Shown here piece by piece: positions 45,771 through 56,900 of a stretch of 64,000 nucleotides of DNA. Each line of letters begins with the position of its first letter. Positions within the stretch are counted from its first letter, which is position 1. The stretch covers positions 17,980,001 through 18,044,000 of the forward strand of contig OZ231126.1 in assembly GCA_965153355.1 (NCBI GenBank). The letters are read 5' to 3'. A program made the position numbers and the translations under genes. The DNA comes from Flaccisagitta enflata (lineage: Eukaryota). The notes beneath the pieces were generated by a model, which worked only from the letters and a program-made list of their open reading frames with translations, was not told the origin of the DNA and did no database searches.

Positions 45771-46110
45771 TAACTGACTTAACCATAGCTGATTATTTTA
45801 GTGAATGAAATGACGAGTATCATCAATGATGAACGAAATGAGTTTTCAGTTGATTTCAAACATTTTTAGCGATTTTTCTTTCGAGCGTGACCGACGGGCG
45901 GACAGAGCCTCTTAAAAAGGTGCTATGGCGCATTTGAGAATCAACCTAGCATATTTCTGAATCATTTCCAGTGATTTTTGCTTCTTTTCGAGATTTTCAA
46001 CTCGAACGTGACCGACCAACCGACCAACCGACCAACAGACAAAGCCTCTTATAGAGGTACTATGGCGCACCTAAAAAGGAAAAAACCCTTTCACCATCTC
46101 TCTCATTCAG

Positions 46111-46538
46111 TGGTCATTGACCAAAGACACTTGGGATCAAATCGTGGCGCAGATGCCTCAAACGCATCTCTTTGGTGGCGCAGATTCATCCCCTACAAAC
46201 ATGAATCACCATGATCATCAATTACCCTCCTGTGCGCTCGTACCAACGACCCCGATGTTGTTAGGCTGTTGGTTAGCGGCGCTCATTTGCATTCTGGCCA
46301 TGTTGGTGCGCGATGTGGTGACGACGGAGGTGACGGGGGTGGTGAATGGCGCCGATAGCGCCGCGGTTGGCCAAAGTGGTGGTGGTGGTATCAATAGCGG
46401 CGGCGTCAACGACGACATTGCCGGTGGTGGCTTCGGTGGCATATCTCTCTCCTCGTTCTCATCCACGCATCGCCTTTTTACGCGAGATAAAATGGATTTT
46501 TCCCCGGCGTTTACCGAAGTGGATTTCATTCTTTCCAG
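46111..46538 (+). CDS. Chs: Chitin synthase-like gene exon 6 (last + strand exon)
   Basis: ctcattcag|WSLTKDTW..MLLGCWLAALICIL..THRLFTRDKMDFSPAFTEVDFILS-ag|gttagc. Matches, from recall, CHS 'TEKLF..PMY..DQSMALNRR'. Phase 0 in, phase 2 out. Confidence 0.85.
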
Positions 46539-48193
46539 GTTAGCTCCCAGATTCAAGTATAAATTGCCTCCGGATAATTGATCTCTTTAACGGCTGATAG
46601 GTCATTTATCCTTGATAAGTTGATACTGCTACAACATGCCAGCCGAGAGATTCAAAAACTGGAAGAAACCAATACCTAATAGGCTATTAAACTGACATAC
46701 TGATCCATGTTGAAAAGTAACTTTCTTTCTGTGGATAGTACGCCGGTTGCATCCCGGAAATACGCCAAATCATGCCTTTGCGCCCACCTCACAATGTTCC
46801 TTTGCAAAAACCTGACTGGACGAGCCCATGCGCAACTTTCTACGCGCGCGGGAACCTTTTTTAGGGCGCTGTCAAAGATTAGAGGGTTGAATGTGACTGG
46901 GACTCGTTTCTCTCGCTTACATAGAGAGATAGCACACTGGCCCAGTATCACTCATAACTCAATCTCTTCAAATGATAAGATATAGTGTTCTTATGAATAA
47001 ATCCAAGCCTGGTTGAACCTGGATCGACATTTCTCATCATGATAATGTCACTGCAACAGCTGGAAGCGAGGCGAATTTAATGTGAAAAATTACCAAAATT
47101 TTCAAATCTTCATGATTCCATAATTTGTCTCCGAATAGAGGGGGCTCATTCGACACATTTTAGTCGCGTGCTACTCGATTCTATAAGCCACTTTTTGGTC
47201 CGTTGGTCTGTCGGTTTGTCACAAAACTGTAAAAAAGGTGTTTAAAAATAGTTTCTCTGTACACGGTCGCTGCCACAAGAAATTAACAAGTGCTGGATAC
47301 ACGGGCTACTCTAGTCGCGTGCAGGTGGGCAGGAGCAAAGCCGGAGAAGGCCACTGGGTCATCTGGGCAGGAGCCGTATGGACCGACAATCCGACAAAGC
47401 AGGGTGTAGTTACATAGCACGCAATAAAAATAATTATAATAACTATGGCAAAATAAAAAAAAACGGTAATTTTCAAAATGATATTGTGAGCTCAATTTTT
47501 AAACCAGCTTTATAATTTTCTAGACCATGATAGTTTGTCAAATTTGCTACTTAGCAAAAAAATCAGATCTGAAAGTTGATTTTTGGTGCCTATAGCATTG
47601 ATTTTGGCAAAATTACTTCATTGAACAATCGCTGTTAGTATCAGTTTCAGTTTAGATCTAACTTTGAAAATCAACTGTGAGCTCAATTTTTAGAGCAAAT
47701 TAAAATTTTTGAGATGGTGATAGCATGTCAAATTTCTGACACAGTGAAAAAAACAGAACTCAAAAAAGTTTATTTTTGTAAATGCAACATCAATTTTTGT
47801 AAAATTGGTTGAAGTTGGATGGTCAAAATAAAAAAACATTATTCAGAATTGATTTCAAATGTTAATTTTTTTTTGTAGCTTCATATTTTTTTTAGATGAT
47901 AATGGTATGACAAGTTTTTGACACAGCAAAAAAATCAGAACTCAAAAAACTGTATTTTTGCACTAGTATCATCAATTTTTGAGAATAGACCTCCAATAAA
48001 AACTCTAGAATTGATATCCAGTTTTGACAGATTTTACAAGAATTGATGTAGAAGGTACAAAAATAGACTTTTTTTAATTCTGATTTTTTTGCTATGTCAG
48101 AAATTTGACCTGCTATCACCATCTCAAAAATATTGATCTTGCTCTAAAAATTGAGCTCAGAGTAAATTTTCAAAGTTTGATCTGAACTGAAAC

Positions 48194-48203
48194 NNNNNNN
48201 NNN
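48194..48203. other. Scaffold gap (10 N)
   Basis: N run. The left flank ends inside an inverted repeat (47644-48193) and the right flank starts inside a 21-bp tandem repeat. Confidence 0.99.
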
Positions 48204-50014
48204 CGAGCCTCAAGGCTGGGATTTGAGCCTTGAGGCTGGGATTAAGCCTTGAGGCTGGGATTTAAGCCTTGAGGTTGGGATTTAAGCCTTGAGGTTGACG
48301 GGTTTCGAGGCTGGGATTTGAGCCCAGGCGGTGATTTGAGCCTCCAGGCAGGGGTTTGAGCCTCCAGACTGGGATTTGAGCCTCGAGGTTGAGATTTGAG
48401 CCTCAAGGCTAGATTTGGGCCCCTGAAGCTAGAATTTGGGCCCTCGAGGGGGGCACGCTGGAGAAGGAGGAGGAAAAATTCCCCTGTGTGAAAGCATAGG
48501 TCACAGTTCCCGGGGCCGCTCAAAAAGGGAGAAAGAAAGAATAAAAGGGGGAAAAAAAGAGAAGGGAAAGAGGAAGAACAGGTCGCCCAATGGGCAAGAA
48601 TATGTGGTCAGCGATACTCAAGGCCCTGTTTCTATGCAAGATTAAACGGAGGAAAGGAGCAGTGGCCCCAGGACAAACCTGTAGAACACGGGGGACTTTT
48701 CATCTGTCATTCTAAATCATCTGTCCATCCGGCTGTTCCCAGTAGTTCTTTCAGAATTGTACTTCATTAGAAGTTACATGTGCTAGCACAAATCTGCCCT
48801 CTCAGACTGAATCTGCTTAGGCAGATTTCAGGCCCTGGGCAGATATCAGGCCTGAGAGGGCAGATTTCCAGGCCTTCAAGGAGAGGCAATTTCAGGCCTA
48901 GAAGATAAATTAAGGCCTGAGGCAAGATTTCAGAGCCTGAGAGGGTAAATTTCAGGCCTGAGAGGACAGGTTTCAGGCCTGAGAGGGCCGGACGAATGGA
49001 CAAACGGACAAACGGACGGGCGAAGCGCGAACAAAAAGAGATCCCCTGCTCTGCACACAGGACCTCGTCCCCCTTGGGGCCGCTGAGGAACTAAAAAGAA
49101 AGAGTCATCCAAGGATCGCACATGGTCAGCGGTACCCGATGCCTGCTTGGAGTGATTAGCTGAAGAAGTGGAGGTAGGGCAGGGCAGCGGCCCCTAAGTG
49201 CCGATGTCCTGTAGGACACAGGGTGGAAATTCCATACATCTAAGGAGAGAGGGCATTTAGAATTTTGCATTTTTTCAATTTTTGTCAATTTTCCATGTTA
49301 TTCAATAGAACTTGAGGTCTAAGGAAGCTGGATATAAGAGCTAAGTGTGCTGGATTAGAGCCCAGGATGCTGGATTAGAGCCAGGGGCTGGTTTGTGGCC
49401 TGAGAGCTGGTTGAGGCCCAGAAGCTGGTTGAAGGCTAGAAGCGGAATTTGAGGCATGAGAGGCTGGATTTGAGGCTTGAGAGGCTGGATTTGAGCCCTG
49501 AGAGACTGGATCTGAGGCCTGAGAGGCTGGGTCCAGGCCTGAGAGGCCAAATTTGAGCCTGAGAGGCTGGATTTGACTGAGAAGCTTTGAGGGGGCGGAC
49601 GGACGGACGTGCGTACGTAAAAGGTCACCCTGTGTCCTACAGGACATCGGCCCTTTGGGGCCGCCGCCCAAAAAGGGGAAGAAAAAAAAAGAGAAAGAAA
49701 AAGAAAAAAGGAAAAGAAGAAAGGAAACGAAAAAGGAAACAGAGGAAAGGAATGAGATTTTTTTTCTCTAGACAAATCATGATTTATGAACAAAAGACAC
49801 TGTTTTACTCCTCATGAATCATAATTTCTCAGAGTTTTTAATTTCACCAGTATTTTTTTCACATTTTCTGCCCAAACCTGCGCATCTTTTTAAACAATTA
49901 GAAAATCGTTTGAAAACACTGTTTCTTGTGAATTGTGTTTGTAAAATTGTTTGATCTCTGAAATCTGCTCTCTGTGAAGGGCTACTTTTTTCTTTGCAAT
50001 TGATCATACAATTG

Positions 50015-51033
50015 ATGGTTGGTCAAGGTCGACCAAGAGATATAGGATGTAATAATTTATCTGGCTTTTCAAAAAGGAAAGCAAAAGATGACAAAGAAAA
50101 AAAAGAAAACAAGCTTTTGGCAAAGATGCCTAGATAAAACAATTGTTTTAAGCGTGGTGGAAGTTCCTCACAGGAAGCAGGTGAAAGCTCCCAGTCTTTG
50201 GATTCCTCTCAATCTTTGGCCCAAAATGACTTAGAAAATGAAAAAGAAAATGAAAATGAGAGTGAAAGTTCAAATGAAAGAGGAAGTCAAAATGAAAATA
50301 AAAACAGAAGTGCTAATGGAAATAATAATGTAACTGCAAGTGAATATGTAAATGAAGATGAAAATGAAAAGGCTGATGAAACTGCAAATGGAATAAATTG
50401 AATCATTCTGAAGATGTACGTGAAAATCAAAGTACACCATCACTTAATCTTATAACATCATTTGACCTTGGAACATGGCCAGCAGTGATAGATCGCAACA
50501 ATCAAGATCACCTTATTTGTAGAGGAAGTTTAGATTATCAACACATGAATGGGGATTTTAAGGAATCTAAACGTTTTTAAGAAAATGAGAAAAAAAATCG
50601 ATTTTGTTCAAAATCAGTTTTTATCAAAATTCATAAGCTTACCAAGGAATCCCTAAAGAGAAATTGGCTCTGCTTTTCTCCCAGCAAAGGATGTCTATTT
50701 TGCTTTCCTTGCTAAGTGATGAACAAAATTCCTGAAAGATTTTCTGAAAATGGATTTAATGACTAGAAAAGTGCTACTGTGTCTATTAAGAAGCATGAGC
50801 ATAGCCTTGCACACAGAGAAGCTCTAACATCAATTACTAGTTGGAAAATGGATAAACCATGCATTGATTCAAGCCTCGTTCATGCATTTGAAAAAGAAAA
50901 AGAATATTAGCAAAAAATATTAACAAGAATTATTGAGGTATCAAATTTCTTTCAAAAAAAAACCTTAGCTTTTCAAGGAGACAATGAAACTATTGGATCA
51001 GTGCATAATGGAAATTACCTTGGTATTCTTGAA
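50015..51033 (+). pseudogene. Degenerate hAT transposase (ZMYM1-like / TTF zinc finger), N-terminal half
   Basis: Fragments LSGFSKRKAK, DLGTWP, RNWLCFSPSKGCLFCFPC*, GFND*K..IKKHEHSLAH and LAFQGDNETIGSVHNGNYLGILE, with several stops and frameshifts. GGGCCCC-rich subterminal sequence at ~51170-51220. Confidence 0.82.
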
Positions 51034-51341
51034 AATGGTCTCATTATAATGTTTTTGCATTGAGTGTAAGAATTCTTGATCAAACAGCTATGGCTTTATC
51101 TTAATTACAAAAAGCAATACAAATATTTTGCCTGTATCATATGTTTGCTTCAACATGTTGCATCTAGTGGGGGGCCCCGCTACCTTAAGTGCCTAGGGCC
51201 CCGCACACGGTTCCGGCCCAGATGTCCGGAACAAAAAAGAGAACAAACAGAGAAACAAACATACAATCGAACAAGTAAACTAACGACCAAACAATCAAAC
51301 AAACGAGATAGTAGCCAGGTAGCCAAATTGTTTTAGCTTAC

Positions 51342-51471
51342 CTGCCCCCGTAAGGAGTTGGAATGAAGGCAGGCGGCTGAATATCGGCGAAAAGTCTATT
51401 TTCCAGTTTGTGTGCGACGGGAAAAAGCTTGAGAAATCGATGAACAAACTCATTGAATTCAACACTTCCAT
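51342..51471 (-). CDS. Chs: Chitin synthase-like gene exon 11
   Basis: gggcag|at-GSVEFNEFVHRFLKLFPVAHKLENRLFADIQPPAFIPTPYGG-ag|gtaagc. PTPYGGR is a conserved animal CHS motif. Confidence 0.92.
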
Positions 51472-51565
51472 CTGCCCGGTGAAAAAAAAAGATGGCGAAA
51501 ACACAATAACGGAATCGAAAATTCAATTTTGATCAAAGATTATTCAGAGATTAGAGAGAGAGAGA

Positions 51566-51613
<48 letters not shown>

Positions 51614-51760
51614 AGACATGAATCGAAGGAAACAAACACAAGCACAAACATGGGGAAAAACACATGCAGACAGCAGACAAACAAATACATCATGATCCTC
51701 CTTCCCCCACCCCCTCGTCATACCTAGACAGACAAAAAACAGAGAAAAACATCGATAAAC

Positions 51761-51882
51761 CTGGATTTTGTTTGACAGCGTCGTCAAAAATGATGTGAAA
51801 TTCGATTTGGAAGAAATCTTGAGTTGTGCTAAGAGGATGAGTGGAATGAAACACTTTTCTCGCGTAGTTGTCTGAGTCCATT
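51761..51882 (-). CDS. Chs: Chitin synthase-like gene exon 10
   Basis: tttcag|a-MDSDNYARKVF..QDFFQIEFHIIFDDAVKQNP-g|gtttat. Matches CHS 'MDEDQCARR..EFETHIFFDDAF'. Confidence 0.92.
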
Positions 51883-51999
51883 CTGAAATGAATCCAATGG
51901 GCATTACGACTGGGCAGTATTCTTCAATGAGCTATTGGGTAGGGGAAGAATCAGTAAAAATCTTGTTAACGCCCGCTCAAGAACACACACGCACACTTG

Positions 52000-52031
<32 letters not shown>

Positions 52032-52053
52032 CACACACACAAACCCTTTCTAC

Positions 52054-52124
52054 CTGAGCAGTGAGCGAATGAGGCTGAGTATTTCTTTCTCAGTTTCATG
52101 CCACATGGTCGCACAAACAAACAC
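52054..52124 (-). CDS. Chs: Chitin synthase-like gene exon 9 (start of the catalytic GT2 domain)
   Basis: tttcag|VFVCATMWHETEKEILSLIRSLL-ag|gtagaa. CATMWHET is a CHS signature. Confidence 0.95.
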
Positions 52125-52691
52125 CTGAAAATATGATCTTTTGTTATCAAAATCAAAACATGATCATGATGTAGGTATGAAAGATGCATCATGATAAATG
52201 TATCCGTTATTGCCACCATATGAAATATAAAAAAAATGACATCAAGGATTGTAATCTCTTAGTAAACAATCTTTTAGATTCTGAAATGAAGGTTCACGAT
52301 TCTTGGCACAGTCAAATTTTACTCTAACAGATTACAAGGGACGACAACTTTTTCGGTTTGCCATAGACAATTCAAACATAAATTGGTCAGAAGTCCGTTA
52401 CTCGCAGAGCCGTTAGAGCGAGTCTATGATTAATATGAGAGGCTGAGTCCCTCCATCTGTTCGTCCGTCCATCCATCCATCCATCCATTCATTCGTCATT
52501 ACGTACATTAAGAAATTTGAGTATTAACGTCCGTGCCCAGTGGTCAGTCAATGATGGATCTTAGCCATCTTTCCAGCAACTTGCTCGGTAATGATCTCCC
52601 GCTTAATCCACCGCTCCTAACTTGACAGGCGCGGCGTCGGAAACGTCTGTCCTTATCACATCTGATGATGGCGATGATTATTCTAGAAAGC

Positions 52692-52775
<84 letters not shown>

Positions 52776-52810
52776 AATAAAGAAAGAAAGAAAGAAAGAA
52801 AGACGTTCAC

Positions 52811-52938
52811 CTTCGGAATCTTCTTTGATTTTTCTCCGTTTGGATCATTAAAGAAAACTTTTCCATAGGAAGAAGAAGCCACAGATGTCACTGATGACGC
52901 GGAAGATAACGAACCACCTGAATAGAAAGAACGATAAC
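52811..52938 (-). CDS. Chs: Chitin synthase-like gene exon 8
   Basis: ttgtaaag|gt-YRSFYSGGSLSSASSVTSVASSSYGKVFFNDPNGEKSKKIPK|gtgaac. Phase 1 in, phase 0 out, fitting both neighbours. Confidence 0.8.
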
Positions 52939-53079
52939 CTTTACAAAGCAGAGGGGCAGGCATGGCAATGAGCGTTTTAGTCGCGGATTAGCGACTCTTT
53001 CTGAATTATGAGGCTTTGTCCGTCTTTCCGTCTTACCAACGGACGGACCATGACCAACAGTCATACGCGCGCGCACGCG

Positions 53080-53164
<85 letters not shown>

Positions 53165-53815
53165 ACGCACACACACACACACACCTATACCGAATCAGAT
53201 TTGGATTTGATAATGGCCTCGAGAACAAGGCCAAGTAGGCCAACGATGCGTCCTCTTTGAATGAACGTTTTTTATGAATGAATGTTTTTTTTATGAATGA
53301 ATGTTTTTTTATGAATGAACGTCTTTTGTAATGAATGAATGATTGAATGAATGAATTACTTGATGTATGCTTCTTTTACTGGGGTAGAACCACTTTTCTG
53401 TTGAAAAAATCCTTGATTTTGATATTTTTAATGAAAGCGTTACCAACAGACCAACAGACCAACCAACCAACCAATGGACACAGCCTATTATAGAGATGCG
53501 AGGACGCATCTAAAAAAAATGATATCAGTGACCCGCGAAAGAAATCGAATCCATTTTCATACAGATTGGATTAAAGATAACTTCCACTGACCCCAGACGC
53601 GGCTTCAAAATTCTATCCTATCTCTCTGACAATCTGTCAGCGCGTCATAGGCGTATTTGCGATAACAGCTCATGGCTCATTGACACCCTCTGGCAAATCT
53701 GTCATCGATTCATATTCGGCGAAAGAGAAGAGATCATTTCCTTTGTCAGCTCAAAGATATTCTTAAAACGATATTGAAACTGATACTTTTTTTCCTACAA
53801 AATGAAATTTCAAAC

Positions 53816-53931
53816 CTCTGCCAATGGTGGATTTGAAGTCATCCGCATTTTTCAGTCCGTTCCTCCGGGCTGCTATTTTGTTTTGTCGCAGCAAATCCAT
53901 CACAACGTCGTAAAACTCGAGATGTCGCCTC
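53816..53931 (-). CDS. Chs: Chitin synthase-like gene exon 7
   Basis: ataatcag|g-RRHLEFYDVVMDLLRQNKIAARRNGLKNADDFKSTIGR-g|gtttga. The phase-2 start completes exon 6 to give ILSRRRH. Confidence 0.75.
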
Positions 53932-53953
53932 CTGATTATCAATAACGATATGT

Positions 53954-56900
53954 AGACAGGAGACAACACCCCTCGCGACCTCTCACGCTGATCAGTTAGA
54001 ACTAGGTAAACATAAGATCTTGTTCTGAGCCCAGAGGTTGAGTAGGGTAGCAATTTTTTGAGTTGGCTCCTAAGCTGAAGTGCTGATGAGTGGATTGAAA
54101 TAGTTTTTGGACTTAGATTGTAGAATTTGACCGCAAAAAACTCAATTGGAAGTAATATACGATATTTATGCAAATTTGCCCAAAAAGTAGCTGAGTTGGC
54201 TTGTAGGCAATATCAGGAAAAATCAAACTGGTGGATTTGGATTTTTTTAGCCCAAATCCCTTTAGTAACATCTAATGAGCATAACCCAAGTTCAGGATAA
54301 CTTGGGAAAATTCATTTTTTGGATATATTGATGATGGATTTTGGGTTGTCAAGCTTCAAAAATCCGTATTTGAGAAGGTAGTACTACGTAAAAGGGGTGA
54401 ATTGGTCATTTTGAAGGCAGTTCAGCCCAAAATTCAATTTTGTAGTCAAAGTACAATGTTCAAGGAGGATGCACACCAAAAATCATCAATGTGCTTGCAT
54501 TTTTTTACACTGTGACACAGATTTGAAAATGCTCAAAATACCCTTATTTTTCAGATGCACCCTATTGTCTCCCTTCTTATAAGAGAATCTTGATATTATC
54601 AAACCTGTATTTTTTGGCTTGTTTGTTTATTTTTTGACTAAGTAAGCATGCTAACATGTAAACAAGTTAAAAATACCTTTAATACCATTCATAGAACCCA
54701 AAATTTGAGAAAAATCCACCAAATAAAGCCTAAATTCTCCTCAATTTTGACCTTCTCAATATTAGAGCAAAACAGGTGTTTTTCAAGCCAATTTTAACCT
54801 GTTTTGGGCCTGGTATGTCTAGCAAATGGCCCAAATCTTGTTTTTCAGCATTACAAGTTCTCTTTTTCTCAGTTTCTGATGGTTTCAGATCAGTTCTTAA
54901 AAATATGTATAGTGACCCCCTCTTAATAAGACAGGAGACAACACCCCTCGCGACCTCTCACGCTGATCAGTTAGAACTAGGTAAACATAAGATCTTGTTC
55001 TGAGCCCAGAGGTTGAGTAGGGTAGCAATTTTTTGAGTTGGCTCCTAAGCTGAAGTGCTGATGAGTGGATTGAAATAGTTTTTGGACTTAGATTGTAGAA
55101 TTTGACCGCAAAAAACTCAATTGGAAGTAATATACGATATTTATGCAAATTTGCCCAAAAAGTAGCTGAGTTGGCTTGTAGGCAATATCAGGAAAAATCA
55201 AACTGGTGGATTTGGATTTTTTTAGCCCAAATCCCTTTAGTAACATCTAATGAGCATAACCCAAGTTCAGGATAACTTGGGAAAATTCATTTTTTGGATA
55301 TATTGATGATGGATTTTGGGTTGTCAAGCTTCAAAAATCCGTATTTGAGAAGGTAGTACTACGTAAAAGGGGTGAATTGGTCATTTTGAAGGCAGTTCAG
55401 CCCAAAATTCAATTTTGTAGTCAAAGTACAATGTTCAAGGAGGATGCACACCAAAAATCATCAATGTGCTTGCATTTTTACAACTGTGACACAGCTTTGA
55501 AAATGCTCAAAATACCCCTTATTTTTCAGATGCACCCTATTGTCTCCCTTCTTATAAGAGAATCTTGATATTATCAAACCTGTATTTTTTGGCTTGTTTG
55601 TTTATTTTTTGACTAAGTAAGCATGCTAACATGTAAACAAGTTAAAAATACCTTTAATACCATTCATAGAACCCAAAATTTGAGAAAAATCCACCAAATA
55701 AAGCCTAAATTCTCCTCAATTTTGACCTTCTCAATATTAGAGCAAAACAGGTGTTTTTCAAGCCAATTTTAACCTGTTTTGGGCCTGGTATGTCTAGCAA
55801 ATGGCCCAAATCTTGTTTTTCAGCATTACAAGTTCTCTTTTTCTCAGTTTCTGATGGTTTCAGATCAGTTCTTAAAAATATGTATAGTGACCCCCTCTTA
55901 ATAAGAGAATCTTGATATTATCAAACCTGTATTTTTTGGCTTGTTTGTTTATTTTTTGACTAAGTAAGCATGCTAACATGTAAACAAGTTAAAAATACCT
56001 TTAATACCATTCATAGAACCCAAAATTTGAGAAAAATCCACCAAATAAAGCCTAAATTCTCCTCAATTTTGACCTTCTCAATATTAGAGCAAAACAGGTG
56101 TTTTTCAAGCCAATTTTAACCTGTTTTGGGCCTGGTATGTCTAGCAAATGGCCCAAATCTTGTTTTTCAGCATTACAAGTTCTCTTTTTCTCAGTTTCTG
56201 ATGGTTTCAGATCAGTTCTTAAAAATATGTATAGTGACCCCCTCTTAATAAGACAGGAGACAACACCCCTCGCGACCTCTCACGCTGATCAGTTAGAACT
56301 AGGTAAACATAAGATCTTGTTCTGAGCCCAGAGGTTGAGTAGGGTAGCAATTTTTTGAGTTGGCTCCTAAGCTGAAGTGCTGATGAGTGGATTGAAATAG
56401 TTTTTGGACTTAGATTGTAGAATTTGACCGCAAAAAACTCAATTGGAAGTAATATACGATATTTATGCAAATTTGCCCAAAAAGTAGCTGAGTTGGCTTG
56501 TAGGCAATATCAGGAAAAATCAAACTGGTGGATTTGGATTTTTTTAGCCCAAATCCCTTTAGTAACATCTAATGAGCATAACCCAAGTTCAGGATAACTT
56601 GGGAAAATTCATTTTTTGGATATATTGATGATGGATTTTGGGTTGTCAAGCTTCAAAAATCCGTATTTGAGAAGGTAGTACTACGTAAAAGGGGTGAATT
56701 GGTCATTTTGAAGGCAGTTCAGCCCAAAATTCAATTTTGTAGTCAAAGTACAATGTTCAAGGAGGATGCACACCAAAAATCATCAATGTGCTTGCATTTT
56801 TACAACTGTGACACAGCTTTGAAAATGCTCAAAATACCCCTTATTTTTCAGATGCACCCTATTGTCTCCCTTCTTATAAGAGAATCTTGATATTATCAAA

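Noticed and set aside
51295-51504. ORF-track frame MEVLNSMSLF.. as the coding frame
   Set aside because: The overlapping frame gives the CHS motif PTPYGGR and fits the splice phases.
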